Assembly: GCA_965199495.1 (NCBI GenBank)
Contig: CBDASK010000003.1
Span: 3,232,001-3,296,000, forward strand
Length of the DNA: 64,000 nt
Source of the DNA: Abditibacterium sp.
Lineage (GTDB): Bacteria > Armatimonadota > Abditibacteriia > Abditibacteriales > Abditibacteriaceae
Direction: 5' to 3'
Under the pieces are notes generated by a model. It was not told where the DNA came from and ran no database searches. It saw only the letters and a list, made by a program, of their open reading frames with translations. Shown piece by piece: positions 32,890-42,246 of this stretch (the stretch's first letter is position 1; each line of letters opens with the position of its first letter). The translations under genes and the position numbers were made by a program.

Positions 32890-33058
32890 TAAATTCAGTT
32901 GACCACAAAAACACAGAACTCACAAAAGGCACAAAAAAATTCAAAAAAATTCAAGAGGTTTTGAAGAGAAATTATTCAGTAAAGAAAGCTCGAACAGGTA
33001 TTTTTGAATTTTTTTGTGCCTTTTGTGAGTTCTGTGTTTTTGTGGTCAATTGAATTTA
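32890..33058. repeat. Inverted repeat, A/C-rich AAAGGCACAAAAAA family, copy 2 (arms about 58 bp)
   Basis: TTGACCACAAAAACACAGAACTCACAAAAGGCACAAAAAAATTCAAAAA and its reverse complement. Confidence 0.88.
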
Positions 33059-35437
33059 ATCGGTATCAATCGCTTTCTCTTTCGCCATCGCCAGCACACC
33101 AGCCACGGCGAGATAAATCACCGCGCCGATGCTCAAAACCGCGCCGAATCCGATGACTTTGGCCGCGACCGCCGCCACAATCGAGCCGACGACCGAAGCC
33201 GTGCCGTTGAGCGCCCACACGAGCGGCACGAAACCTTCGCCCTTGTGCGCGCTCCACAAACGCAGCCCCGATGGAAATGGCGTCCCCAGCAAAAATCCCA
33301 GTGGCAACAGCACAATCGCCACCAAAACGCAGCGCGCCACCAGTGGCAAAGGCAACAGCAAACTGGAAAATGGGCCGGACAGAATCCCGAAAATCGCCGC
33401 AAAAATCGCCACGCCCAGCGTACACGCTTGCGCGTGGCTGCGCAAAGCGTCGCCCGCGAACTTCTGCGAAAACGCCGCGCCCGCGCCGCCGCCCAATAAT
33501 ATCGAACCTAAAATTATCGTCAGCGATAATGTCGGATAGCCCAATGGTAATATCAATTTTTCAATGAGCGGAATTTCGATGAGCATGAATCCTACGCCCA
33601 GCGCCAGAAAATAGCCGACCTGCGCGGCGGCATTTCCAAGCGCGCGCTTTTCGCGCCGCGCGCCGAGGCCGACGAGCGTCGCGGCGAATAACAATGTCGC
33701 GCCGACGCTGAGACCCAATAAAATCGTCAGGCTGGGCGACGATTGGAAAATTGCCCACGGCGACATGGATAAATCTAAGACGAACGGGCGATTATCGGGC
33801 GCGGGCGATAAATCGAGCGGCGGCGCGCCCGGCACGTTCAGGCCCGAATTGATGAAACCGTCCATCGTCAGCGCGCCGCCGCCCAGCGCGCCAAAGGGGA
33901 ATATTTCGTTGCTCGCCGCCTGACCGGGAATCCATAACGGGAAAATGCCGCGCTTTTGGGCGCTGCTTTTCATGCGCGCGGCTTCATCGGCGGGAATCGG
34001 GTTGGGGCGCACCAACAGCGCCCATTGATATGGCCCCGGCTGATTGTAATAAACCACCGCGATGTGCGCGCCCGCCTGCGCCGTCGTCTGGCCTTGGTCA
34101 ATGAAATGTTGATAAGCCGTCGCGTAAAGTCGCGCCAACAAGGGCGCCGCGTCGCCGACAATGGCGAGTTGCCCTTTAGGTTGCAGCGTCGCCAGATAAT
34201 CGTCGAACGCGTCGGTTGTATAGATAAACGATTCGAGCAAAGCGCCGCCTTGACCCGCCGTGGCTGTCTTGGTCAGAGCCGAAAAAATCAGTTGATATTT
34301 CACGCCCTTTTGCCGCGCCTCGCGCACGAACGCGCGGCCTTCGGCGACCTGAACGTGAACGCGGGGATTGGAATAAATGCCGCCGTTGTATTGTTTATAT
34401 TTCGGCTCGTTCATCAACTCGACAATCGAAGGATTAATCTCGGCGCCATCAAATCTCTCGGCGCCATAACGCAACGCTAACAACGCGTCCAAACCGCCGC
34501 CCGGCCCAATGGACATCATGCGTTGGCCGTCCAAATTCGAGTTGTCAAACGTCCAATCGGAAATCGGAAACTCGCCGACGATGTTGGGCAACTCATAGAT
34601 TTTGCCGTCCCAATTCATCATGTTGGTCGGCACGTTGCCGTTGGTATAAAGCAAAAACGAATCGGGCGATTCGGGGTCTTTGACCACATCGGTGCGCGCG
34701 AACGCGTTCCAGCGCGTGTCCACAATTTTCGAGCCGTAACTTTTGTTGCCCAACTCGGTATAAAGCGGTTGAGTGATGCCACGGTCAGCCAGCGTTGCGC
34801 CGTCTTTGTCGGGCATCGGCGGAATCGGCTGCACGCTCCATAAATCGAAGTGACGGTTGTAGGGAATCAGCGCCAGCAAAATCAGCGCGATGGCGAGCGA
34901 AAATTTCTTGTCTTTGCCCAGTAAAACCGCGACAAACGCGCCCAGTGCGCCAAAGGCCAGACACGCGTTGGCCGCGCCCAAACCCTGCATAATGACCACG
35001 CTGCCAACAGCAGCCACGGCGGCCCCAGCCAAATCGAAGGCGTATAATCTGCCGCCCCATTGGGAGTAGCGCTCGAACGCCAACGCCAGAAACGCGCCTG
35101 CCGCGATGAACGGCCACAAAACAATCAAAGCCGCGACCCAATAATGTTGCGGGATAAACGCGAACACGCCGCGCAAGATGAGCGCGAGCGAAATCGCGCT
35201 TAAAACGCCCCACCACAACGCCAATTTATCGAGCGATAAATGACGAAATCGGTTGGCCAAAAGCCCGCCCAAACCCAATCCGCACAGCGCGAGCGAAACG
35301 ATGAGGAACGCGAATTGGTAGCGTAGCAAAACCGCGAACACGCGCGAAAGGGCGACTTCGTAGCCCAAAACCGCCGCCGATAACAAGGCGATGGCGAGAA
35401 ATAATGCGGGAGCGGGACGTTCTTCTTGTGGGGACAC
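33056..35437 (-). CDS. Polytopic membrane protein with central spermidine-synthase-like SAM-binding domain
   Basis: TM blocks (YAFDLAGAA; ALNGTASVVG) flank IGPGGGLD, AEINPSIV and AEGRAFV. Start taken as GTG 35437. Confidence 0.82.
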   Translation of the reverse strand: MSPQEERPAPALFLAIALLSAAVLGYEVALSRVFAVLLRYQFAFLIVSLALCGLGLGGLLANRFRHLSLDKLALWWGVLSAISLALILRGVFAFIPQHYWVAALIVLWPFIAAGAFLALAFERYSQWGGRLYAFDLAGAAVAAVGSVVIMQGLGAANACLAFGALGAFVAVLLGKDKKFSLAIALILLALIPYNRHFDLWSVQPIPPMPDKDGATLADRGITQPLYTELGNKSYGSKIVDTRWNAFARTDVVKDPESPDSFLLYTNGNVPTNMMNWDGKIYELPNIVGEFPISDWTFDNSNLDGQRMMSIGPGGGLDALLALRYGAERFDGAEINPSIVELMNEPKYKQYNGGIYSNPRVHVQVAEGRAFVREARQKGVKYQLIFSALTKTATAGQGGALLESFIYTTDAFDDYLATLQPKGQLAIVGDAAPLLARLYATAYQHFIDQGQTTAQAGAHIAVVYYNQPGPYQWALLVRPNPIPADEAARMKSSAQKRGIFPLWIPGQAASNEIFPFGALGGGALTMDGFINSGLNVPGAPPLDLSPAPDNRPFVLDLSMSPWAIFQSSPSLTILLGLSVGATLLFAATLVGLGARREKRALGNAAAQVGYFLALGVGFMLIEIPLIEKLILPLGYPTLSLTIILGSILLGGGAGAAFSQKFAGDALRSHAQACTLGVAIFAAIFGILSGPFSSLLLPLPLVARCVLVAIVLLPLGFLLGTPFPSGLRLWSAHKGEGFVPLVWALNGTASVVGSIVAAVAAKVIGFGAVLSIGAVIYLAVAGVLAMAKEKAIDTD

Positions 35438-35478
35438 GCAAGCAATTTTAGCGCAACTGCCTTGCTCGAAAACGTCGC

Positions 35479-35586
35479 GCTTCCGTAGAGACACCGATTT
35501 ATCGTGTCTAAAATCGTAAGAGTTGCCCCAATTTCAAAGCAACTCTTACGATTTTAGACACGATAAATCGGTGTCTCTACGAAAGC
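35479..35586. repeat. GTAG-type REP doublet, family B copy 2 (48-bp arms)
   Basis: Same core GTAGAGACACCGATTTATCGTGTCTAAAA as 31422, with a different inner stem and spacer. Confidence 0.9.
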
Positions 35587-35616
35587 TGTTCGCGCCAATA
35601 CGTTTAACTTTACCGC

Positions 35617-36705
35617 ATGACAATGAATTTGATCGGACAAAATACCGCGCAACTCGAAAACACATTATCTTCCATCGGCGAGAAACCGTTTCGCGGGCGC
35701 CAACTGGCGCAGTGGATTTATGGCAAAGGCGCCGCGACGTTCGGCGAAATGTCGAATTTGGGCGCGCCTTTAAAAGCCAAACTCGAAGCGCAGACCGCGC
35801 TCGAATTTCCCCTCGTCGTGACGCGCTACGAATCGCCCGATGGCACCACCAAACTTCTGCTGCAAATGGACGATGGCGAGCGCGTCGAAACCGTGCGTAT
35901 TCCCTACGCGCAGCGTTTGAGCGCGTGCGTTTCCAGTCAGGCCGGTTGCGCGATGGCGTGCCAGTTTTGCGCGACCGGTTTGGGCGGCTTTCGACGCAAT
36001 TTGACGACGGCGGAAATTATCGGCCAATTGTTGCTCGTTAAACGCGAAGGCGGTTCAATCCGTGAGCCGGGTCAGACACCCAGCCACGTCGTGTTTATGG
36101 GCATGGGCGAGCCGCTTCTCAATACCAAAAACGTGTTCCCGGCGCTTCACTTGATGCACGAAGAAATGGGCATTCCGATGCGGCAAATTACGGTTTCGAC
36201 TGTCGGCATTTTGCCCGGCATCGCGGCTTTGGCCGAGCAACGGTTGCAACTGACGCTGGCGATTTCGCTTCATGCGCCGACCGACGAGTTGCGCCATCGC
36301 CTGATTCCGACTTCGACAAAAACGCACGTCCGCGAAATCATCGCCGCCGCGCGCGATTATGTCGAGCAAACCGGGCGGCGCGTGACGTTTGAATACGTCG
36401 TGTTGGGCGGCGTCAACGACAGCCCGCAGATGGCCAAAGAGCTGGCGAAATTGTGCAAAGGCTGGGCGTGCCACGTCAATTTGATTCCGTGGAACGATGT
36501 GCCCGACGCCAAGCTCGAAGGCGCGGCTTTCGGCGCGCCGCACCCGGCGGATTTGGCGAATTTTCGTGTAACCTTGGAAAGCTCGAACATTTCGGTGACG
36601 CAGCGCGTGCAGCGCGGCGCCGACGTGGCTGCTGCGTGCGGACAACTGCGCGCCTTCGATTCCGATAAACAACGCGAAGGCGTGATTCCGCTCGCGGTTG
36701 TCTGA
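35617..36705 (+). CDS. rlmN: 23S rRNA (adenine-2503-C2) methyltransferase
   Basis: CVSSQAGCAMACQFCATG radical-SAM motif, VFMGMGEPL, AACGQL. Confidence 0.96.
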   Translation: MTMNLIGQNTAQLENTLSSIGEKPFRGRQLAQWIYGKGAATFGEMSNLGAPLKAKLEAQTALEFPLVVTRYESPDGTTKLLLQMDDGERVETVRIPYAQRLSACVSSQAGCAMACQFCATGLGGFRRNLTTAEIIGQLLLVKREGGSIREPGQTPSHVVFMGMGEPLLNTKNVFPALHLMHEEMGIPMRQITVSTVGILPGIAALAEQRLQLTLAISLHAPTDELRHRLIPTSTKTHVREIIAAARDYVEQTGRRVTFEYVVLGGVNDSPQMAKELAKLCKGWACHVNLIPWNDVPDAKLEGAAFGAPHPADLANFRVTLESSNISVTQRVQRGADVAAACGQLRAFDSDKQREGVIPLAVV

Positions 36706-36708
36706 TTT

Positions 36709-37455
36709 TTAGCGTGGGCGGCGCGCGAAATCTTTTTCGTAGTGCGGCGCCAGCGTGCCGAACAGTCGATCCCAAATCAAGGTGTAAAAGCCGAAATTAT
36801 GGTTTTCGTCCTGATGATGGCCCGCATGAAAACTGCTGGTTGAAATGTATTTGAGAACGCGATGGGTTTTCCAACGATCTGGAAACGGCTCAACTCCAAC
36901 GTGACCGATCAGGCCAAACAGCACGTTGAACATCAGATAAGTCGTCATGCCCAGCCACGTCGCCTGATAAACGCACAAAAGCGCGAGCCACATCACGCCG
37001 AAGCTGAGACATTCCAACGGATTCAGCACAAAAAGCGTCAGAGGGCGCGGGTTTTCGTAGCGGTGATGCGTGCGATGAACGATTTTGAAAATCCACGGAA
37101 TATGGGCGATGCGGTGCGCGACATACATCGCACCGTCCATCGCTAACACCAAAATCAGGAAATCTAATACGGCGGATAAAGAAAATTCGGAGCGCAAGCA
37201 GATAAATCCCCAGCGCCACAAATAAAGTCCGGCCAAAGTGACCAGCGAGTTCAACAAAATTGTGGTCGAAGCCAGCAATATTTCTTCGCCAGAAACTGGA
37301 GCCGCCGCTTCAGCGACTGCGCGATTGGCATAAAGGCGCGCGATCCACGCTCCCACAACTAACGCGCCGCCAAAGATAAATAAATTTTCCAGCAGGAACG
37401 CCAGCGCCATAATCCACACGGGCGTTGTGTGCAAAATGTGAATGAGAGCTTCCAT
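36709..37455 (-). CDS. Sterol desaturase / fatty acid hydroxylase family protein
   Basis: His boxes HRIAH, HRTHH, HAGHH; WDRLFGT. Confidence 0.9.
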   Translation of the reverse strand: MEALIHILHTTPVWIMALAFLLENLFIFGGALVVGAWIARLYANRAVAEAAAPVSGEEILLASTTILLNSLVTLAGLYLWRWGFICLRSEFSLSAVLDFLILVLAMDGAMYVAHRIAHIPWIFKIVHRTHHRYENPRPLTLFVLNPLECLSFGVMWLALLCVYQATWLGMTTYLMFNVLFGLIGHVGVEPFPDRWKTHRVLKYISTSSFHAGHHQDENHNFGFYTLIWDRLFGTLAPHYEKDFARRPR

Positions 37456-37470
37456 AAAGAGAGCTTACAA

Positions 37471-38046
37471 CTAACGCAGAAAATTGGTTCGCTCAATGAT
37501 TATAAACGGTCTTTTTATTTTCTGGCCCGAACTTTCTTGAGGAGTTGAACCGCGATTCAACGGCGCGCGGCGTAACAGCGCGAGCAGCACGCAAACCGTA
37601 GCCACGGCGAGTGGGAAGCAGATCGAAGCGTAGGCGGCGGCTTGAATCGTATCGGTGGGCGCGCCGTAATGGTAGAGGCGATTGCCGCTGTTTAAATCGG
37701 TTTGCAAGCTCCAATAGCACCAGAGCAGCAACGAAAATCCCAGACCAACGTAGGCCAGACGCGCGCGCCAGATGAGTTTGCTCAGCCAAAAACCTTCGAT
37801 GGCGCACAACGCGCCCGCGACGAGCGGCCAAACGCAAGTGATGAGCGGCAGCAAATAAACCGTCAAAACGTCTTTCTGGGCGCCGTAATAATCGCCGTCG
37901 GCGGGCAGGGCGAAAGTTTCCCGCAGCAAACGATGGAAAGCGATGGTCGTTATCAGCCACGCTATGCCCAGCGAAATCGCCGCGAGCAAAGCGATTTCGC
38001 CGCGAATCCCGCCTTCGTCCGCCGTGCGCCAGTGAATCACGGACAT
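37471..38046 (-). CDS. Hypothetical membrane protein (about 4 TM segments)
   Basis: Hydrophobic segments; co-oriented with the desaturase gene. Confidence 0.55.
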   Translation of the reverse strand: MSVIHWRTADEGGIRGEIALLAAISLGIAWLITTIAFHRLLRETFALPADGDYYGAQKDVLTVYLLPLITCVWPLVAGALCAIEGFWLSKLIWRARLAYVGLGFSLLLWCYWSLQTDLNSGNRLYHYGAPTDTIQAAAYASICFPLAVATVCVLLALLRRAPLNRGSTPQESSGQKIKRPFIIIERTNFLR

Positions 38047-38146
38047 CTTAACGCCTGACGCTTGCCACGCGCGCCACCGATGAACTTAAAACTCATTTCA
38101 CTTTTGCCCTTTATTCCTTAACCTTCATCCTTTATCCTTTCTCCCG

Positions 38147-39985
38147 ATGGCCGTCGCTTCTTCCCCCGAAAACCCGCTCGCCAATGCGCCCAATCCCAAA
38201 CGTCGCCCCAGTTTTTCGTGGCGTTCGATTTCGACTTCGGTGATTACGTGGGCCATCGCGCTCGCCGTGTTCGGGCCGTTCTTGATTTATCCGGTCACTC
38301 GCGTTTTGCTGGGCGCCATTTCCGAATCCGATTTCGCGGCGGGCACGCGCACGCTGCATTTCAATTATCTGTTGTTGCCCCTACAAAACGAAACGCTCAA
38401 AGTCAGCGTCGTCAATTCGTTTTTGCTGGCGATAGCCTCGACGTTTTTGTCGTCCATTATCGCGGTTCCGCTCGCTTATTCGTCGGCGCGGCTACGGTTC
38501 GCGGGCAAAAGTTTGCTCACGGGATTGTTGCTGGTGCCGCTACTTTTGCCGCCGCTCGTGGGCGCGATTGGATTAAAGCAGATGTTGGCACTCGAAGGCT
38601 TTGTCAACAGCTTACGTTTTGAATTTCAGTTGTGGGAATTTAGTCATGAGGAACAGCTCTCCCGTATCGGAGTTGCGGTCTCCGATCCGAGAATCCAAAG
38701 AAATCCTATCGATTTTCTGGGCAGCACGTTTCTGGGCGGTTGGGGGCCGCTGTTTTTAGTTGTTTTAGTCACGTCGCTGCATCTGTTCCCCCTGATTTAT
38801 CTCAACGTTTCGGCGGCGTGGGCGAACGTGGATTCGAGCTTGGAAGAAGCCGCCGAAAATCAAGGCGCATCAGCGTGGCGCGTGTTTTTTACCGTGACTT
38901 TGCCCTTATTATTTCCGGCGTTTATGTCGGGCGCTTTGATCGTTTTTATCTTCGCGTTCACCGATTTGGGCACGCCTTTAGTTTTCGGGTTTCGCGAAGT
39001 CGCGGCGGTTAAAATTTTCGACGCCAAATCGGGCAACGATCCGGCGGCGTATGTTTTGGCGTTTTATCTGGTGATTATGGCGGGCGCGATTTTCTGGATT
39101 TCGCGGCGCTTTCTCGACGGCGGACGCATCGCGACTTTGGCGCGCGGCACGCGACGCGCGCGCGAAAGTTCGCCGGGCGTGTTGCTAAGTGCGCTCAATT
39201 ACTTCTACTTTTTTCTGGTGATTGGCCTCGCGCTGTTGCCGCACGTTGGCGTGGTTTTGGCGTCGTTCGCCTCGGATTGGACGAGCAGTTTGTTCCCGAC
39301 ATGGACAACCGAAAACTATACGCAATTGTGGACGAACCCGGCGAATGAGGCGGCGGGCGCGATCAAATTATCGCTCTTTTGCGCGGCGCTTTCGATGGGT
39401 TTGGATGTCATCGGCGGCGCGGCGCTGGCTTATGCCCTCGTGCGTGGCCGCGTGTGGGCGCGCGGCTTGTTGGATACGCTCGCGATGCTGCCGCTTGCCC
39501 TCCCCGGTTTAATTTTGGCGTTTGGGCTTTTGATTACTTATCGCAACACGCCGCTCGACCCAATCTTGCGTAGCCCGATTCCTTTATTGGTCGTCTCCTA
39601 CGCGATTCGGCGTTTGCCTTATGCGCTCCGCAGCGTGTCGGCGGGCTTGCAACAGATGAGCGTGACGCTCGAAGAAGCCAGCCTCAATATGGGCGCTTCA
39701 CCACTCCAAACCGTCTGGCAAATCACGCGACCTTTGGTGACGGCGAACTTAATCGCGGCGGGACTTTTGACTTTCGCCTTCGCGGTTCTGGAAGTTTCCG
39801 ATTCGTTGATTTTGGCATCGGGCCAGCAAATTCCCATCGCGCAGGCGATTTATCAACTCAACTTGGCGGGCAAACTCTACGCGGCGTGCGCATTAGGCGT
39901 CGTCGGCATGATTATTTTGACCGCGACATTTTTGTTGGTCAATCGGTTGTTGGGCAAGCAGTTGGGCGCGCTGTTCCGCGCGTAA
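38147..39985 (+). CDS. ABC transporter permease, FbpB/ThiP-like (two fused domains)
   Basis: Two EAA motifs (SLEEAAENQGA; TLEEASLNMGA). Confidence 0.88.
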   Translation: MAVASSPENPLANAPNPKRRPSFSWRSISTSVITWAIALAVFGPFLIYPVTRVLLGAISESDFAAGTRTLHFNYLLLPLQNETLKVSVVNSFLLAIASTFLSSIIAVPLAYSSARLRFAGKSLLTGLLLVPLLLPPLVGAIGLKQMLALEGFVNSLRFEFQLWEFSHEEQLSRIGVAVSDPRIQRNPIDFLGSTFLGGWGPLFLVVLVTSLHLFPLIYLNVSAAWANVDSSLEEAAENQGASAWRVFFTVTLPLLFPAFMSGALIVFIFAFTDLGTPLVFGFREVAAVKIFDAKSGNDPAAYVLAFYLVIMAGAIFWISRRFLDGGRIATLARGTRRARESSPGVLLSALNYFYFFLVIGLALLPHVGVVLASFASDWTSSLFPTWTTENYTQLWTNPANEAAGAIKLSLFCAALSMGLDVIGGAALAYALVRGRVWARGLLDTLAMLPLALPGLILAFGLLITYRNTPLDPILRSPIPLLVVSYAIRRLPYALRSVSAGLQQMSVTLEEASLNMGASPLQTVWQITRPLVTANLIAAGLLTFAFAVLEVSDSLILASGQQIPIAQAIYQLNLAGKLYAACALGVVGMIILTATFLLVNRLLGKQLGALFRA

Positions 39986-40135
39986 CTGTTGGAGTTGACA
40001 CTTGGCATTCTTTTCTGTTGTTAAAAATCCGGCAATAAAGGTCAAAATCAAGCATAATTATAGTTAAGGTTGGCAAACGTGAAGGATAAGAATTAAGGTT
40101 AGATTCGCAATTGTGACCGCACAAGGAGATTCCGC

Positions 40136-41224
40136 GTGACCGACGAATTTGTTGATTTTTACGAGATTTTAGAGTTGCCCCTAGAAGCCGAGCGTTCCGA
40201 AGTTCGCAAGCGCATTAGCGAACTTTATGTCGAGGCGCAGAAAAATCTGGATCACCGCAATTTTAATACGCGCGTGCATTATCAGCAGTTATTTGAGATC
40301 ATATTGCCTCAGGCGCGCTATATTCTGTTGGACGAGGGACGGCGCGACGATTATGATCGTTTGGTGCGGGCTTCGCGCGGCCCCGATACGAGCAGTGCAG
40401 CCACGGGGGGCGAGAAGCCTGCGCAATCCACGGAGATGGGGCAGGGCAGTGACCGTTTTAAAACGGCTTCGAGCGGTGTTGCTGGCGCCGCGCCGCGCAT
40501 TGACGCGTTGCCCGACCAAGTTGACCCGCAGCAGTTGGAGCGCGAGCGCGAAGAACTCTGGAACAAATGGAAGGCCGGTTTGCAAGGCACGATGGAGCGC
40601 GAGGCGGCCAGAGAAAAAGGGCGCGAAGAGAAAACTCCTAACGCCGCCACAACGCCGCTCGCCGACCGCATCGAAGCCGCTCAAAGCGGAGCGCCCCAGC
40701 CGCAAGTTGGTCTGGGCGAACCTGCCGCGCCCGGCCCGTCTTCGCGTCCCGCGTCGCGGCCTCAACGGCCTAAAGTGAAATTCGATTTCGGTGGCGAAGA
40801 AAATAACGCCCCGCAAACCCACGAAAACGCGCCCGTCGCTGCCGCGGGAGAGTCCACGACTCCGGTCGCTGATGGCCTCACGGATCAACAAATCGAGGAA
40901 CGTCGTCTGAATCAACAGCGCGAGGTGATTCGCTCCGAATTGGAAAATACCGGCCTCAAAGGTGTGATGATTGGCGCCACCGCCGTTTTGTTGCCGGGCG
41001 TGGTTGCCATGACGATTTTCATGAGCCATTATTATCCGGTCAACAAAGTTCCGACGTTGCCGATCAAAAACGCGGGCGTGGCGTGGCTGCTGTGGTTGCT
41101 GGTTCTGGGCGCCTTGGCGTTTTTGTGCGCTCATCTGCTTTCCAAGTCCATGCGCCGCAAACAGGCCTTGGAACTTCAGCTCATGAGCTACGAAGATTTG
41201 ATGCGCCGCCGCAACAACGCGTAA
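40136..41224 (+). CDS. Protein with degenerate J-like N-terminal domain and two C-terminal TM helices
   Basis: DFYEILEL ... ARYILLDEGRRDDYDR; no HPD tripeptide; AAGGAG RBS before GTG. Confidence 0.65.
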   Translation: MTDEFVDFYEILELPLEAERSEVRKRISELYVEAQKNLDHRNFNTRVHYQQLFEIILPQARYILLDEGRRDDYDRLVRASRGPDTSSAATGGEKPAQSTEMGQGSDRFKTASSGVAGAAPRIDALPDQVDPQQLEREREELWNKWKAGLQGTMEREAAREKGREEKTPNAATTPLADRIEAAQSGAPQPQVGLGEPAAPGPSSRPASRPQRPKVKFDFGGEENNAPQTHENAPVAAAGESTTPVADGLTDQQIEERRLNQQREVIRSELENTGLKGVMIGATAVLLPGVVAMTIFMSHYYPVNKVPTLPIKNAGVAWLLWLLVLGALAFLCAHLLSKSMRRKQALELQLMSYEDLMRRRNNA

Positions 41225-41245
41225 TTTCGATTGGAAAAATGGCAC

Positions 41246-41274
41246 TTGCCGTGCGCGTTGGATTCGGGTAAAAT
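41246..41274 (+). promoter_or_regulatory. Sigma70-type promoter of tRNA-Gln
   Basis: TTGCCG-N17-TAAAAT, 12 nt before the tRNA. Confidence 0.7.
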
Positions 41275-41286
41275 GTTTCCGGTCTT

Positions 41287-41358
41287 TGGGTCGTAGCCAA
41301 GTGGTAAGGCACCGGTCTTTGGATCCGGCATTCGAAGGTTCGATCCCTTCCGACCCAG
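41287..41358 (+). tRNA. tRNA-Gln(TTG); CCA not encoded
   Basis: Acceptor stem TGGGTCG/CGACCCA, D-arm GCCAAGTGGTAAGGC, anticodon loop CTTTGGA, T-arm GAAGG-TTCGATC-CCTTC. Confidence 0.95.
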
Positions 41359-41372
41359 CTCAAAGCACAAAT

Positions 41373-41418
41373 AAAAAGCGCGCGTTGCCCTTACAAAGCA
41401 ACGCGCGCTTTTTTATTT
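41373..41418 (+). terminator. Intrinsic terminator after the tRNA
   Basis: AAAAAGCGCGCGTTGC...GCAACGCGCGCTTTTTT. Confidence 0.85.
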
Positions 41419-41515
41419 TACGGAGATTTTGCTCGTGGCATCCGGGTTGCATCTGCCATCGAAAGGAAAGTCCCCATTTCAGAAACCTTTAAACTCACGG
41501 GACTCAAATATCAAC

Positions 41516-42127
41516 ATGACAAGACTCGATGGCGAAAAGAAATCGCCCTTGCCCTGGATTATCGGGCTGATCGTTTTGGCGCTCCTCGCGGCGGCCATTT
41601 ACTATCTCACGGCTAACAAAACGAATAATACCGCCGTTGACGTGAATAGCCCGGCTATGCCAAGCAATTCGCCCAGCGCGATGGGCGATGCCAATACGGC
41701 TAATGCCAACGCCACCGATGCCAATGCGTTAGATTTCAACGCGACCGACACCAATATGGCCGATTCCAACGCGATGGCCGATAACAGCGCGATGAGCGAT
41801 TCCAATGCGATGGATTCCAATAGCGCGATGATGGACAATGCAGCCACGTCGGATTCCAACAGCGCGATGTCGGACAACTCGGCCATGTCGGACACCAACA
41901 GTGCGATGTCGGACAACTCGGCGGCCAACATGGCGATGCCGGGCGTGACGCCGGTGGCTGGTAATGCGAAGCCAGATGGCAACGGCGTTGTTGCTACGCG
42001 TTCCAAAACCATCGAAACCAAAAATGCGATTGTGACTTATAAGAAGTCGGTCAAAGAAGACGGTTCTTTGATGCACGATAAAACCATCGTTTCCAAACCG
42101 GTCGAGCAAGCCAAGAAAATGCAATAG
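41516..42127 (+). CDS. Membrane-anchored low-complexity protein with D-(S/T)-N-S-A-M repeats
   Basis: KKSPLPWIIGLIVLALL anchor followed by about 10 short Met-containing repeats. Confidence 0.75.
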   Translation: MTRLDGEKKSPLPWIIGLIVLALLAAAIYYLTANKTNNTAVDVNSPAMPSNSPSAMGDANTANANATDANALDFNATDTNMADSNAMADNSAMSDSNAMDSNSAMMDNAATSDSNSAMSDNSAMSDTNSAMSDNSAANMAMPGVTPVAGNAKPDGNGVVATRSKTIETKNAIVTYKKSVKEDGSLMHDKTIVSKPVEQAKKMQ

Positions 42128-42138
42128 TTGCACATATC

Positions 42139-42173
42139 CAGAAAGCGCGCGGATTGTCCGCGCGCTTTCTGTT
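42139..42173 (+). terminator. Intrinsic terminator
   Basis: CAGAAAGCGCGCGGA-TTG-TCCGCGCGCTTTCTG followed by T residues. Confidence 0.7.
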
Positions 42174-42246
42174 TGAAATTTTCGGCACCAAACCCGCAAA
42201 CCTAATTTAAAACGTAAAACCCAAAATTAAAAACCCACCAAACATC

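Noticed and set aside
41690..41935. CRISPR-like array
   Set aside because: The repeats are 15-21-nt in-frame coding repeats without unique spacers, and no cas genes are present.
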